Positions 1 to 14,138 of a stretch of 64,000 bases of DNA are shown here, piece after piece (the first letter of the stretch is position 1; each line of letters begins with the position of its first letter). The translations under genes were made by a program, and so were the position numbers. The notes below the pieces were generated by a model. It had not been told where the DNA came from. It was given only the letters and a program-made list of their open reading frames with translations, and did no database searches. The stretch is from contig OZ024741.1 in assembly GCA_964016885.1 (NCBI GenBank), forward strand, positions 399,280,001 to 399,344,000, written 5' to 3'. Source of the stretch: Eledone cirrhosa (lineage: Eukaryota).

Positions 1-692
1 ACATATACACACACACATGACCATATCACATACATACACACACATATACACACATACACACACACACATAACCATATCACATACATATACACACATATAC
101 ACACATATACACACACACATGACCATATCACACACATATACACACATATACACACACACATGACCATATCACATACATATACACACATATACACACATAT
201 ACACACACACATGACCATATCACACACATATACACACACACATGACCATATCACATACATATACACACATATACACACGTACATAACCATATCACAAACA
301 TACACATATATACACACATATACACACACACATGACCATATCACATACATATACACACGTACATAACCATATCACATACATACACATATATACACACATA
401 TACACATATACACACACACATAACCATATCACATACATATACACACATATACACACGTACATAACCATATCACATTCATACACATATATACACACATATA
501 CACACACACATGACCATATCACATACATATACACACGTACATAACCATATCACATACACATATATACACACATATACACACACACATGACCATATCACAC
601 ACATATACACACGTACATAACCATATCACATACACATATATACACACATATACACACACGCATGACCATATCACATACATATACACACATAT
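1..692. repeat. AC/AT-rich minisatellite built around a CATGACCATATCAC / CATAACCATATCAC core
   Basis: The motif recurs about every 30-50 bp among ACAT/AC runs. Confidence 0.9.
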
Positions 693-1565
693 CATTGTCT
701 GACTTGGCATTTTATCAGTCAAATATAAAAAGGTTGTATTCATTCACAGTATTCAGATTTGTTCATCCTTAACTCCGTCCTTTATTTTTATTTGTTTCTT
801 ATTCTCTTTCTTTTAGTGATTAGTTGGAAACAATCAGCCAAGTACGAAAGAAAACAAAGGCAACGTAACCGCTCAAGGGTTTTCCATATTTTACATGTTC
901 CCTTCTAATTAGATACAGCTCTCACCAACCCCTGAATTGGTCCTACACAGGGAGGGCGAGACATGGTAACATGTGAATTGTTTTCAAAATTGAAAATACG
1001 AGGTGAGGGTGAAATATTCATAGGCTGACTATGAAGGTGTGATGCTAGAGCTGTGAAATATTGCATGAATTAATTTCAACTCTTCTTATTAATAACTCCT
1101 TTTTTTCTAGGAACTATGTTGAAAAATAAACCTCATTTAGTCATTCCATGAGAGTTTTTTGGTCAGCCTATGAACCTTTCAGCCGAACTGCTTAGGGCTT
1201 GACGTCCCACCTGTTGATAAATTAGCCTCACTGATTATAGGATGGGTAAATACATTAGAGGAGTACCTAAGGGCTCTTCCACCGCGACCCTCCCAGATAT
1301 ACCTTGGAGGAGGCCAACTAAACCTGCATAGGTGTGAGCTGTCACACACACACACGCACACACTCTCAGTTCAGTAGGGATGGTTTAAATAAGTTTCAGT
1401 TAATTGTGGATTCAATACAATAAACTATGCAAGTATTTTTGTATCTCTATCTCCTGGTAGAGTCATAGAGACGTCACAGTGGCTTAGGGCATTTCTTAAG
1501 TGATTTTAAAGCTAGCTGGGCCCATCTCACCTCCAGATCTGAATACAGCAGGTTTCTTCCAGTGA

Positions 1566-1629
<64 letters not shown>

Positions 1630-1636
<7 letters not shown>

Positions 1637-1953
1637 AGCTCACACCTATGTGTGTGTGTGACAGCCCACACCTATGTTTGTGTGACAGCTCACACCTATG
1701 TGTGTGTGTAACAGCTCACACCTATGTAGGTTTAGCTGGCCTCCTCCAATGTATATCTCATTGGAGGTGTCTTGGGTAATTTAATGATAGGGACCCCAGT
1801 CCTATCATCCCATTTCTACAGCTGAGTAAACTGGAGCAACGTGAAATAAAGTGTCTTGCTCAAGGAAACAACACATCACCCGGTCCGAGAATTGAACTCA
1901 CAACCTTTTGATTGCAAGCCCAATGCTCTAATCACTAAGCGATGTGCCTTCAC
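1630..1953 (-). mobile_element. tRNA-derived SINE with CORE-like domain and (CATAGGTGTGAGCTGTCACAC)n tail
   Basis: Minus strand shows an A-box-like CGCTTAGTGATTAGAG, B box GAGTTCAATTC, CORE-like CCTTGAGCAAGACACTTTATTTCACGTTGCTCCAGTTTACTCAGCTGTAGAAATGGG and a tandem tail; further copies at 4068 and 55744. Confidence 0.85.
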
Positions 1954-2567
1954 AATAGAGAGTGAGTAAATGGAATTGAGAAAGTAACACAGAGGAAGAA
2001 TCGGCTCCAGTATTAGACTGGTACTTTTTTTAGCGATCTTGAATGGATGAAAGGCAAAACTGACCTCAACAGGATTTGAACTGAGAATGCAGAGAGTCGG
2101 AATGAATAGCTTAAAGCATTCTATCCGATGTTTTAACGACTCTGTCAATTTGCGGCCTGTATATGTCTATATAAAATGTTACAAATACGGATGTCTTAAG
2201 CAGCGCTTCCCAAATAATTTTTAAGCGACTCTTCAGGAGGCCGCGTAAATATTGTTGAGGGTCGTGGGAATATTTGTAAAAAATATATTTTAAATAATTG
2301 GGTATTTAGTGTTATCTCTTTACAAGTAGCATCACTACACGGTACTTACGAATGTTAAGTTTTACTACATAAAGAAAGTATCTGAACGGTATTCACATAT
2401 TTTATGAGGAATTACTTTCAACATTTTTTATAATTTGTCTCAATAGAATATTCCAATGAATTAGATTTCGCCGTTTTTGCTTTTACTAAAGTAAATATTC
2501 ATATCCAATAGTATAAATATAGTTGTGAGCAGGTTTTAGGTGTTTATATGACACCGTTATGTAAGCC

Positions 2568-3077
2568 GGAGATGGATTGGCAGTATCGGTAGAGTGTCGG
2601 ACGCCATGCTTTGAAGTATAGAGTTATGGACCTATATGATATGAGTTCAAATCCCTCCCAGGTTAGCTTTGCCTTTCATCCTTACGGGGTCGATAGAATA
2701 AAGTACCAGTAATTGTTTCTACTTTTGGCACAAGGCCAGCAATTACCAGTACATTACTGGTACTTTATTTTATCGACCCCGTAAGGATGAAAAGCAAAGT
2801 TAACCTCGGCGGGATTTGAACTCAGATCGTAAAGAGCCGTAACTATGCTGGAAAGCATGTCCGACCCTCTACCGATACTGCCAATTCACCACCCCTTAAC
2901 TAAATACGCTGGGGTAATTGCTGGCCTTGTACCAAAAGTAGAAACAATTATAAGTTCTGAGCTCAAATCCCGCCGAGGTTAACTTTGCTTTTCATCCTTA
3001 GGGGTTCGATAAAATAAAGTACCAGTAATACACTGCGGTAATTGCTGGCCTTGTGTCAAAAGTAGAAACAATTATTA
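2568..3077. mobile_element. Cluster of tRNA-derived SINEs with Meta-like domain, both orientations
   Basis: GGATTGGCAGTATCGGTAGAG...GAGTTCAAATCC...TTGCCTTTCATCCTTACGGGGTCGATAAAATAAAGTACCAGT consensus and its reverse complement. Confidence 0.85.
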
Positions 3078-3394
3078 TAAATTTAGAAAGAGAAACTTGG
3101 TGAAAAAAAAACATAAATTAAGAACTGAAATATTCAATATGGAAAAAAATTACTAGTAAATCAGTGACACTTACATGTACACCAGGTCCGAACACAGAGG
3201 AACCAAACTCCCACTGTCATGACCTCCGTCTCTCTCTCGCCCTGCCCATCTCTCATGTATTACTGGTACTTTATTTGATCGACCCCGTAAGGCAAAGCTA
3301 ACCTCTAGTACAACAGAGTCTAGACATGCAGCAGTAATGGTGTTAGGATATATTGAAGACAGTATTGATTTCTGATACGGCCATGTTGATTGGG

Positions 3395-3596
3395 GGTGGT
3401 GATGGTGATGGTGATGGTGGTAATAGTGTTGATGTTGATGATGGTGGTGATGATGGTGATGATGACGACGATGATGATGATGCTGATGATGGTGATGGTG
3501 ATGACGATGATGATGATGGTGATGATGATGATGACGATGATGATGATGTTGATGATGATGGTGATGATGGTGATGATGATGATGATGACGATGATG

Positions 3597-3628
<32 letters not shown>

Positions 3629-3650
3629 GATGACGATGATGATGATAATG
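3395..3650. repeat. (GAT/GGT)n microsatellite
   Basis: Direct reading. Confidence 0.95.
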
Positions 3651-4067
3651 AGAATGAGGTGGGAAAAGAGGAAGGAGGTGGGGAAAACGGTGATATGATG
3701 AAGACCACCCCCACTACAACTACTCCCTCCACGACACCTGTGCCGTGGAGGGAGTGGGGGTTGATGATGATGATGATGATGATGTTACCTATAAGATCAA
3801 GAATGAGACACTAAGTCCCTCGATCTTTTTCTTTTCAAAATAAGTGCGAATTGGTAGAGTTTAAGGTCGATAAAAAAGTACCAGTCTAATACTGGGGTTG
3901 ATTCTTCCTCTATATCTCTTTCTCACTTTCATTTCGTCACTTACTATCTTCTCTGGAAGAAATCTGCTGTGTTTAGACCTGGAGAATGATGGGCTCCACC
4001 AGGTTTAAATTGTCCAACAAATGCCGTATGTCTCTTCGGCACTCTTACATTCCAGGAGTTATCATAC

Positions 4068-4416
4068 CGTGTGACAACTCACACCTATGTGTGTGTGTGA
4101 CAGCTCACACCTATGTGTGTGTGTGTGTGTGACAGCTCACACCTATGTGTATGCGTGTGTGACAGCTCACACCTATGTGTGTGCATGTGTAACAGCCCAC
4201 ACATATGCAGGTTTAGCTGGCCTCCTCCAAGGTATATCTCGTTGGAGGTGTCTTGGGTAATTTAATGATAGGGACCTCTGTCCTATCATCTCATTTCTAC
4301 AGCTGAGTAAACTGGAGCAACGTGAAATAAAGTGTCTTGCTCAAGGAAACAACACATCACCAGGAACCTTTCGATTGCAAGCCCAATGCTCTAACCACTA
4401 AGCCATGCGCCTTCAC
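4068..4416 (-). mobile_element. CORE-like tRNA SINE, same family as 1630-1953
   Basis: Near-identical body and tandem tail; small deletion in the tRNA head. Confidence 0.85.
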
Positions 4417-4659
4417 ATACCATTATGGAACAATATTGAAATATCTGAAGTCTACGTAAGAGCGTTGGGCGTCTAAATTGCAAACGTTGCGGGTTATTAT
4501 TGCTGAGGGAGGGGAAGAAACCTTCCATAGATTCGATATGTTATTTAAACTACCACCATTAGAAAAATTTGCACATATTTGAAAAATCGCAGTTGGAGTG
4601 AATTATTTGAACCAACTACTGAAGTAAAACAACAACACAATGTATGAAACAACAGGACT

Positions 4660-4990
4660 TTTCTCAGGAATATACAACCACTGACATATCATAGGTTAAG
4701 AACTAATAGCCGCAGTATTGTTATCAAATATAAACAAACTCTAAGTTGCCGTACACTGATTGACATGATAAGAACATTTTCAGTGAATGAAGAAAAACTA
4801 TCCAAATACATAGGAATGAAAATGGAGATTAGGCAAGTTACAGGTTTTCAAATCACATACTATGGATTATAAAGAGGGGCAGTGGGTGCAGTGCATGCAA
4901 ATATAATTTTAGAACAATATTGTAGAAAAACCGATTAGATAGTTGCTAATAAAACTACATAGAAACACGCATGGAAACACAACAATATAT
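4660..4990 (+). pseudogene. Highly degraded R4/Dong-like RLE domain fragment
   Basis: Broken translation (LIDM..KNISVNEEKLSKY) resembles LIDMSVPIDKNVSIKTFEKFSKY in the element at 27756. Confidence 0.5.
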
Positions 4991-5254
4991 GTTTAATAAT
5001 AATGGTTTGTATTACATGGGGACAGGGCTATAGCTGTAGTGAATACTCAATGTAAATGTGACATGAAGGGATTCAGTAAGGCACATGATTTTCTTTAATA
5101 CATTAGCAAAGGGTATGAAGTAAATTAGCGTCAAACATCAATTGAAACGGAATGGTTCTAACATCGTCGCCCTCAATGTTCAACTGTAATAATGTCTACA
5201 TAAACAGAACATCTCCAGTTATATGACAGGGAATAGATCATACTTTGTAGTAGC

Positions 5255-5597
5255 ATGGTCTGAGTTCAAATCCCGCCGAGGTTAACTTTGCCTTTCATCC
5301 TTAAAGGGTCGATAAAATAAAGTACCAGTAATACACTGGGACAACTGCTGGCCTTGTCCAAAAGTAGAAACACTTATGTTATTAACAAAGGCGGTGTGTT
5401 GGTAGAATCTTTAGAGCGTTGGGCAAACTGATTTGCGGCATTTAAGTTCTGAGTTCAAATCCCGCAAAGCTCAACTTTGCTTTTCATCCTTTCCAGGGTC
5501 GATAAAATAAAGTACTAGTTAAGTATTGAAGTCGATATAAACGACATCCACCTTTCCCATGTTGCTGACCTTGTACCAATGTTAAATAAGAATTATT
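5255..5597 (+). mobile_element. Two Meta-like SINE copies, the first 5'-truncated
   Basis: B box, TTTCATCCTT..GGTCGATAAAATAAAGTAC core and tail. Confidence 0.8.
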
Positions 5598-5839
5598 ACT
5601 CTATTGTCATATTTTATGTGTTAATAACGTAAGGGAGATAAAATGAATTCAAGTGAGAGTCAAAACAAAGCTGTCGTTAAACATTTCTTTATTTTTTATG
5701 TGATTGAGGAAACACCCGTGTGCTAGAAACAGCACCCAGATCTCCCTCAAATCCCTATATCTCAAGAAATACTCTTTGGATAATGTAGTTCTATATATAT
5801 GTAAGATGGTGAATAGTCATGGTTAGAACTGTCATGATC

Positions 5840-6648
5840 CATAGATGATCTCTGGATTATAGATAAACTCTTGATCACAGATTAACTCTTGGTCATAGAC
5901 CAGATCTTCATCATCGACTATCTCTGGATCATAGATCAGCATTTGGTTATAGATCTTTGATTACAGATCAGTTCTTGATCATAGGTCAGTTCTTAATCAT
6001 AGATCAGCTCTTGATCATAGATCAGCTCTTGATTATAGATTAACTTTTGATCATATATCAGCTCTTGGTCATAGATTAGCTCTGGATCATAGACCAGCTC
6101 TTGATCATAGATGAAGTCTTCATCATAGATCAGCACTTGATCATAGATCAGTTCTTAATCATAGATCAGCTCTTGATCATAGATTAGCTCTGGATCATAG
6201 ACCAGCTCTTGGTCATAGACCAGCTCTTGATCATAGACCAGCTCTTGATCATAGATGAGTTCTTGATCATAGATTAGCTCTGGATCATAGATCAGCTCCT
6301 GATCATAGATCAGCTCTGGATCATACACCAGCTCCTGATCATAGATCAGCTCTGGACGAAAGACCAGCTCTTGATCATAGACCAGCTCTTTGTCATAGAC
6401 CAGCTCTTGATCATAGACCAGCTCTTGGTCATAGACCAGCTCTTGATCATAGACCAGCTCTTGGTCATAGACCAGCTCTTGGTCATAGACCAGCTCTGGA
6501 TCATAGATCAGCTCTTGGTCATAGATCAGCTCTTGGTCATAGATCAGCTCTTGATGATAGATGAGTTCTTTATCATAGATGAGTTCTTTATCATAGATCA
6601 ACTCTGGATTATAGGCCAGCTCCTGATCATAGGTCAGTTCTGGATCAT
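5840..6648. repeat. 18-bp minisatellite (GATCATAGATCAGCTCTT)n
   Basis: Roughly 45 degenerate tandem units. Confidence 0.9.
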
Positions 6649-6930
6649 GCCGACCCTATCATCAAGACAAATGTTATTACATACTTCTATTGTGCCGCAA
6701 CTCAGACACAATTGTGCTGCAAATGTGCCACACACTTATCATTATCATTGTCCCTGTCACAAACCAAACAAAGCTATGATATTGTTATTTCTTTTGTTGA
6801 TAATATTTTAGCTATTATCAGTTGTGTGTGAGTATATAGACACACAGACATACACATACACACACATATATAGACACACATACATAAATGAAATAGAGAT
6901 GATATAAAGTATATATCTTTCGTTTATTAC

Positions 6931-6998
<68 letters not shown>

Positions 6999-7722
6999 TT
7001 ACACCTGCATATATTTATACATAGGTAGATTCACACATGCATGCACTTATATACAAATGCACACACATACATACCTACACACACACACGCAATAGAAAAT
7101 CTATTCCTTTGAAGAATTTGCATTTTTGTCGTATTTTTTAAAAGTGTCAACGTCTGAGTCTTCTTGTTTAAATGTCATCAGTTTTATTTTCTGTTTCTCT
7201 TATGTTCAAGTCTAGTTGATTGTTTTCACAATTGTTTTCCTTGAAGGCATAATTGGTGGCTACATCGTTGTGGCTAGTACATCCACCTCTTACTCCCCGC
7301 CTCCCACATACCTCCTCTCACTCTCCATCTCTCACTCCTCCCCACCTCTCACTCCCCACCACCTCTTACTCCCCACCACCTCTCACACCTCACCCCTCAC
7401 TTCGCACCTCTCACTCTCCACCACCTCTCACTCCCCACCTCTCACCCCTCGTCACCACCTCTCACTCCCCACCACCTCCCACCACTCCCCCACCACTGAA
7501 GTAAATATCCACAGCAAAACATGAATAAATAAAATTCTTACAATAACATAAATTATAAAAATGTCGGAAGACAAATCTTATTTTTCCGTCCCAATAAAAA
7601 CGAGATACATATTGAAATCTTCCAAAGTCTTCTATTGGGAAATAAAAGAAAACCACTTTTTACATCAAGTGTAACGTGGTAGATCTGAACTTTCTACAGA
7701 GCTGTGTCCACGGAACTCCAAT

Positions 7723-8665
7723 TACAACAACAGCAAGGACGACAACAAGGGGAACATCAACAACGACAGCAAGGACGACAGCAAGGACGACAGCAAGGAC
7801 AACAGCAAGGACGACAGCAAGGACAACAGTAAGGACGACAGCAAGGACGACAGCAAGGACAACAGCAAGGACAACAACAACAGCAACAACAACAGCAAGG
7901 ACAACAGCAAGGACAACAACAACAGCAAGGACAACAGCAAGGACAACAACAACAGCAACAACGATAACATCAACAACAACAACAACAACGATAGCAACAG
8001 CAAGGACGACAACATCAACAACGACAACAGCAAGGACGACAACGACGACAACAACGACAACAGCAAGGACGACAACAACAAGGACGACAACGACGACAAC
8101 AACAACAGCAAGGACGACAACGACGACAACAACAACAGCAAGGACGACAACGACGACAACAACAACAGCAAGGACAACAACGACGACAGCAACAACAACA
8201 GCAAGGACAACAACAACAAGGACGACAACGACGACAACAACAACAGCAAGGACGACAACGACGACAACAACAACAGCAAGGACGACAACGACGACAACAA
8301 CAACAGCAAGGACAACAACGACGACAGCAACAACAACAAGGACGACAACAACAACAACGACGACAGCAACGACAACGACGACAACAACAACAACAAGGAC
8401 GACAACGACGACAACAACAACAGCAAGGACGACAACGACGACAGCAACAACAACAAGGACGACAACAACAACAACGACGACAGCAACGACAACGACGACA
8501 ACAACAACAACAAGGACGACAACGACGACAACAACAACAGCAAGGACGACAACGACGACACCAGCAAGGACGACACCAGCAAGGACGACAACGACGACAA
8601 CAACAACAGCAAGGACAACAACATCAACAACAACAACAGCAAGGACGACAACATCAACAACGACA
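7723..8665. repeat. (ACA/ACG)n microsatellite with recurring GCAAGG
   Basis: Direct reading; explains the poly-Thr and poly-Leu ORFs. Confidence 0.9.
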
Positions 8666-8789
8666 ATTTCTTATATAGGCACAAGGCCAGCAATTTTGGG
8701 GGAGAGGAAAGTCGATTAAATCGGCCCCAGTGTGTTCCTGGTATTTTACTATTACAGAAAATCCACTGTAACAACAGTAACAACAATAT

Positions 8790-9140
8790 TAGGGAATATT
8801 CAATGTGCGTGAGCGACCGAGCATAGATGTGCTGAGAGAGAAACTGGGTATAAGAGGGATAAGTTGGGGTGTGCAGGAGAGAAGATTGAGATGGTATGGA
8901 CATGTGATGCGCATGGAGGATGACCGCTGGGTAAAGAAGTGCCAAGAAATCCCAGTTGAGGGAAGACGCAGTAGAGGTAGACCACGAAAACCATGGGCGG
9001 AGGTGGTGAGAGCAGACCTTAAATCGCTGGAACTCACGGAGGAGATGACCAAGGACCGTGACATGGGGGGAGATGCTGAATGGGATCCGTTCCACCCTTG
9101 CAAGCAGGGAAAAGCGGATGTAAAATGATGATGATGATGA
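8790..9140 (+). mobile_element. RTE-clade LINE 3' fragment with (ATG)n tail
   Basis: RRLRWYGHVMRM...RSRGRPRKPW..VV..DL is the typical RTE C-terminus; followed by ATGATGATG. Confidence 0.8.
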
Positions 9141-9420
9141 TAATGATTCAAGACCTGATAATTTTATACCCAATAAAGAAAAAAAGTGTATTGTATAAAT
9201 GATGTTGCTTGGTCGTTTGATAATGGAATGGTGAAGAGAGAAGGTGCGACAATGGAACATTACAACAAACAAAAGTAGAGAATTCAGAGAATTTGAAATT
9301 GCCGCAAAGTTGTTATGAAACCGAAACCTAATTGTAACAAGAGCTTTAAGGAGAGTGGCAAGAATTTAAAAAAATAGTAGGTTAAAGGGTCTTTGGAGTA
9401 ACGTTACTCGATAAATAACC
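9141..9420 (+). pseudogene. Degraded R4/Dong RLE fragment
   Basis: Broken translation SRPD..NKEKK..DVAWSFD..QRI*NC..PIV..RAL parallels RPDLVVLDKEKR..DVACPFD..KRIWNC..PIVIGAL. Confidence 0.5.
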
Positions 9421-9439
9421 CGGATATCAGAGAGTCACT

Positions 9440-9735
9440 TCAGGTAGAGCTGTTAATTTTCCGAATTGAGACATCACAGCTCTCAGATACTACGAGAATG
9501 TGGTTAGAATGTGGAAAGAATCGCTGGACAGATTTTACGGGCAAAACCGACTGGCATGAGACCCAGAGGTAGACCCTAAGCAAGATAGTTGGATAACATC
9601 CATGAGCCTGGCTGGTCTCGCTTGGGGATCCAACGGGAACAGTTGGAGACTGTTGCTTCAGAGAGGACCTGCTGGAAGGAGTGATTGAGGACTCTGTCCC
9701 CACAACCCTCCCAGGATTAAGTGGGCGAAGAACGT
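9440..9735 (+). pseudogene. Degraded RTE-like 3' fragment followed by an (AAC)n tract (to about 9958)
   Basis: LRYYENVVRM and RPRGRP motifs in shifted frames. Confidence 0.5.
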
Positions 9736-10062
9736 AACAACAACAACAACAACAATAATAGTACCAATAGCAATAACAGTAACAACAATAACAACAACAA
9801 CAAAAACAACAACAATAACAACAACAGCAATAACAACAACAATGACAGCAACAGCAATATCGACAACAACAATAACGACAACAACAATGACAACAACAGC
9901 AATAACAACAACAATAACAACAACAACAATATCGACAACAACAATGACAATAACAATGTCGATGTTTTTTTATTTATTTATGTTACAAGCAGCGAGAATA
10001 ACATTTGTTAAATGTTTCGTTCTACGTTGTTTGGTGTAAAATTGTAGAGTGACAAAGTTTAA

Positions 10063-10434
10063 ATAATTGTTTTTACTTTTGGCACAAGGCCAGAAAATAC
10101 CAGTGCATTACTGGTACTTTATTTTATCGACCCCGTAAGGATGAAAGGCGGGATTTGAACTCAGAATGGCAAGGGCCGTAACTCTATGCGTCAAAGCATG
10201 GCGTCCGACCCTCTACCGATACTGCCAATCCACGGACAAAGTTTAAATAATTGTTTCTACTTTTGGCACAAGGCCAGCAATTATCCCAGTGTATTACTGG
10301 TACTTTATTTTATCGACCACGTAAGGATGAAAGGCAAAGCTAACCTCGACGGGATTTGAACTCAGACCGTAAAGGGACCTAACTATGCAGCAAAGCACGG
10401 CGTCCGGCCCTCTACCGATACTGCCAATTCACCG
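10063..10434 (-). mobile_element. Two tandem Meta-like SINEs
   Basis: Two reverse-complement copies separated and flanked by GACAAAGTTTAAATAAT. Confidence 0.85.
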
Positions 10435-11207
10435 ACAAAGTTTAAATAATATTGTAAAGATAGGATTAATTCTTATTATATCTGTCCAGTTCTGCTTGTG
10501 TGTTTACAACGATATATATTACTAGAAGTACTACTTACATAAACACGACATGTCATGCTATTGTTTGTAGAGAGAAATTGGGGTTTGTGTTGTGTTGAGT
10601 ATTATTTAAATAAACTATTTCAGTATTTGGTTATTTTATAACATTACGGAGCTTCATTTATTTATACGTTAGTACATTAAAGTCTGTGTTTGCTTTTGTT
10701 TGGTGGATAAGATTTGATTTGAAGACTGATAACTGTTATTGCTTCTTTTAGAAAGAAAAAAATTTGTTTGCAGTCTTGTTGGCTTTGACAGCGGAAGCAA
10801 CCTAATCAAAGCATTCAAGACTTGTTCGGATCACAATGTATGTATAGACCTGTAATCCAAGAGGAATTTGTTGGGGCACAGCCGTGGAATATGGCATGTC
10901 TAGGCCACGATACATTTGATGGAACCCCCATCCCGTCTCCAGGTCTGAACACAACAGATTTCTTCTAGAGAAGGAGAGAGAGGAAGTTAGAAAGAGATAT
11001 AGATGAAGAATCCAACCCAGTACAAGACTGGTACTTATTTTATTAGCCTCGAAATGATGAGAAGCAAAGTTGATCTTGGAGGGGTTTTGAAGTCATAGAG
11101 CAGAGATCGAATGCCGCAAATTATTATATCAGAAGTCTTAACATCTCTACCAACTCTCCATTTATTTATACCACGCTGTCACAAGATTATGGTTTACACT
11201 AAACACA

Positions 11208-11574
11208 TACTCCCGGATCTCTAATAATTTCCTCCCCCTCCACATATTTATTTTTAAGATTTTTTTCCAACACTCCCCGCTTATTAAATTGTATTACTCT
11301 AACTCCAGCGAAATTTTATTTTAAATGGTAGCATTCTTGCAACAATTATTTTTCTTTAGACATTAAATTCATTATAAATGACAAAAATAAGTCACTTTCT
11401 AGAAATCCCATATGTTATAAAATAAATAAAATGGGTTGGGGTCTCTATATGTAAACTAAACGACTAATTCTGGTTTTAAAAAATCAACGAAAACAACCTA
11501 GAAAAATTACCGATTTTCCAAGCCCCCCACTAGCTTATTCCAACTCCCGCCTAATTATTTGGGACCCGAGAGTA
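11208..11574. mobile_element. MITE with ~22-bp imperfect TIRs and TA ends (Tc1/mariner/pogo-type)
   Basis: TACTCCCGGATCTCTAATAATT ... AATTATTTGGGACCCGAGAGTA; second copy at 52268-52658. Confidence 0.75.
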
Positions 11575-12012
11575 TTGTCAATATATTCTGATAAGTTCAA
11601 AGTCCAACGGTTTTTTAGTAAAATTATGTTTTTGTTTCAGGTTGTAATCAAAATTCCCCTCGCCCCAAATTGTTGGTCTAGTGCCTAAATCAGGAACCAT
11701 TATTTTGACACGAAGAAAGTGTCTCGGGTGAACATTCTACATACTAAATTGATAAACTGTAGGACATCACATATGTAATATATTTAGTTGAACATCTTCG
11801 GTTTAATAATATTATCCATGGAATGGGTAATCAAATTCTCAGTGTTGGAAAATTTAAAATAAAATAAAAACAATAGACAGGGGAGATAAATCCAATAAAA
11901 CCAGTTAATAGAAATATTTCAAGAACAAAGACAGTGTCAATTGCAGCGTATATTGTCTTTAAAATTCAATTGGTAAAACTATCGAACATGTTTTAATCAT
12001 ATTAGACCTCAT

Positions 12013-12334
12013 ATGCTTTAAACGTGTCTTGGAGGGAACACCCAACAAATAAGGATCTCTATGGCAATATACCACCTATCAACAGGTAAATACGTGGACA
12101 GAGACTCAGATTTTCTGGCCACTGTTGGCGCAGCAAGGAAGAAATAGCAGGTGATGTGTTGTTATGGAGCCCATCTCATGGAGCAAGAAACGCTGGTCGT
12201 CCCAAGAAGACAAACGTCAAGCAACTTGAGGACGATACTGGATGTACTGCGGAAGAAATGGCAAACGCTATGAGAGACAGAGATGGATGGAGGAAACGTG
12301 TCGTAGAAAGCCGAGCAAGCTCGACCTGATGGTG
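12013..12334 (+). mobile_element. 5'-truncated RTE-like LINE with 9-bp TSD AGACCTCAT
   Basis: QRLRFSGHCWRSKEE..LLWSPSHG..GRPKKT..MRDRDGWR; TSD at 12004-12012 and 12335-12343. Confidence 0.8.
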
Positions 12335-12626
12335 AGACCTCATTAGCGAAGCATATTTTTATTCAGTTGTAAAGACTTAGAAGCGATCAGTATATATACA
12401 TACACACACACACTCGCTCACACACTCACACACACACTCTCTCTCACACACACAAACTCTCTCTCACTCACACACTCACACACACGCTCTCTCACTCACA
12501 CACGTACACACACACTCTCTCTCTCATCTATTCACTCACACACACTCACACAAACACTATCTCACTCACACACACACTCTCTCTCTCACACACACACACA
12601 CACATATACAGAGAGAAAGTGAGAGA

Positions 12627-12662
<36 letters not shown>

Positions 12663-12745
12663 GGTGCTGAGACCGGAGAGACCACTTATTATGTGAGTAC
12701 TCAATGTAAGCCGAAACCGCTTTGCGCCTCACTCGGGACTTTACA

Positions 12746-13094
<349 letters not shown>

Positions 13095-13096
<2 letters not shown>

Positions 13097-13679
13097 ACAC
13101 ACGATTTACTGTGTTTCTTACTGCATATATATTATTATAATGCTCAGTATTTATACTTAGAGCTTACTGATTACAGGGTTTCAGTAAGAGTTATTAACTC
13201 TAACTTTTATTTATATTTCGGCTCCCTCATGAGGTGAGCTTACTAAGTTGCGTGTGTTGGACTGTTGTTTCTAACCAATACACTCACACCACTTTTGACT
13301 TACGGCACACGAGGTGATGAATTCATTTTTCTGTGTGAACGTTAGTACTAGGTGTTTGTCGCATTTAATCAGATTCTCTCGCTGATGATGCCCATGGATT
13401 ATCTGTTGCAAACACACTCTGGGCGAAACAGATTATCCCTAATCTGTCCGAGAGATATAATTGTTATTGAGTCGGTTTGTATAATATAATTTTATTTTAT
13501 TTTATCATTCTGTCTGCTTCATGGTTAAATATTTCAAACAATTGTGGTTTTTCAACCCTCGTAATATTGGACACACGATTTACTGTGTTTCTTACTGCAT
13601 ATATATTATTATTATAATGCTCGGTATTTATACTTAGAGCTTATTGATTACAGGGTTTCAGTATGAGTTATTAACTCTA

Positions 13680-13690
<11 letters not shown>
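13095..13690 (+). mobile_element. Retrozyme-like non-autonomous element: ~120-bp terminal direct repeats (period 474) and an internal HHR
   Basis: GGACACACGATTTACTG... at 13095 and 13569; (TA)n on both sides; no coding capacity. Confidence 0.85.
13376..13454 (+). ncRNA. Type I hammerhead ribozyme, canonical core
   Basis: CTCTCG-CTGATGA-(T)GCCCA..TGGGC-GAAA-CAGATTA..TAATCTG-TC-CGAGAG; all three stems pair. Confidence 0.9.
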
Positions 13691-13733
<43 letters not shown>

Positions 13734-13885
13734 CATTGCATTTGAGCTCAGAAGGAAATCTCTATTCTTCTTTGAGCTAATACTATTATTATTATTACAG
13801 TAATGCACTGGGTAATTGCTGGCCTTGTGCCTAAAGTAGAAACAATTATTACAGTGAACTGCGGAATACTCTTAATTCCGATCTT

Positions 13886-14000
<115 letters not shown>

Positions 14001-14138
14001 GTATATATATATATATGTATATATATATATGTATATAGTAATAATAATGAATTTGAAGACTAAAATCCAAAGAGGGCTCGATAAGGATAAATATATATCA
14101 AATATATAAGAACCGTAGAGCAAATATTTATTAAAATA

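Noticed and set aside
160-743. HTYI/VCVY-type ORFs here and throughout the window (poly-YI, poly-D, poly-T, poly-N, poly-H)
   Set aside because: Translations of microsatellites, open in several frames and on both strands, with no splice or domain support
3170-3260. Possible minus-strand exon ending at GTAAGT
   Set aside because: Short, no recognisable product, and abuts a SINE fragment
6155-6811. ELIYDQ-repeat protein
   Set aside because: An 18-bp minisatellite that is open by construction; degenerate flanking units break the frame
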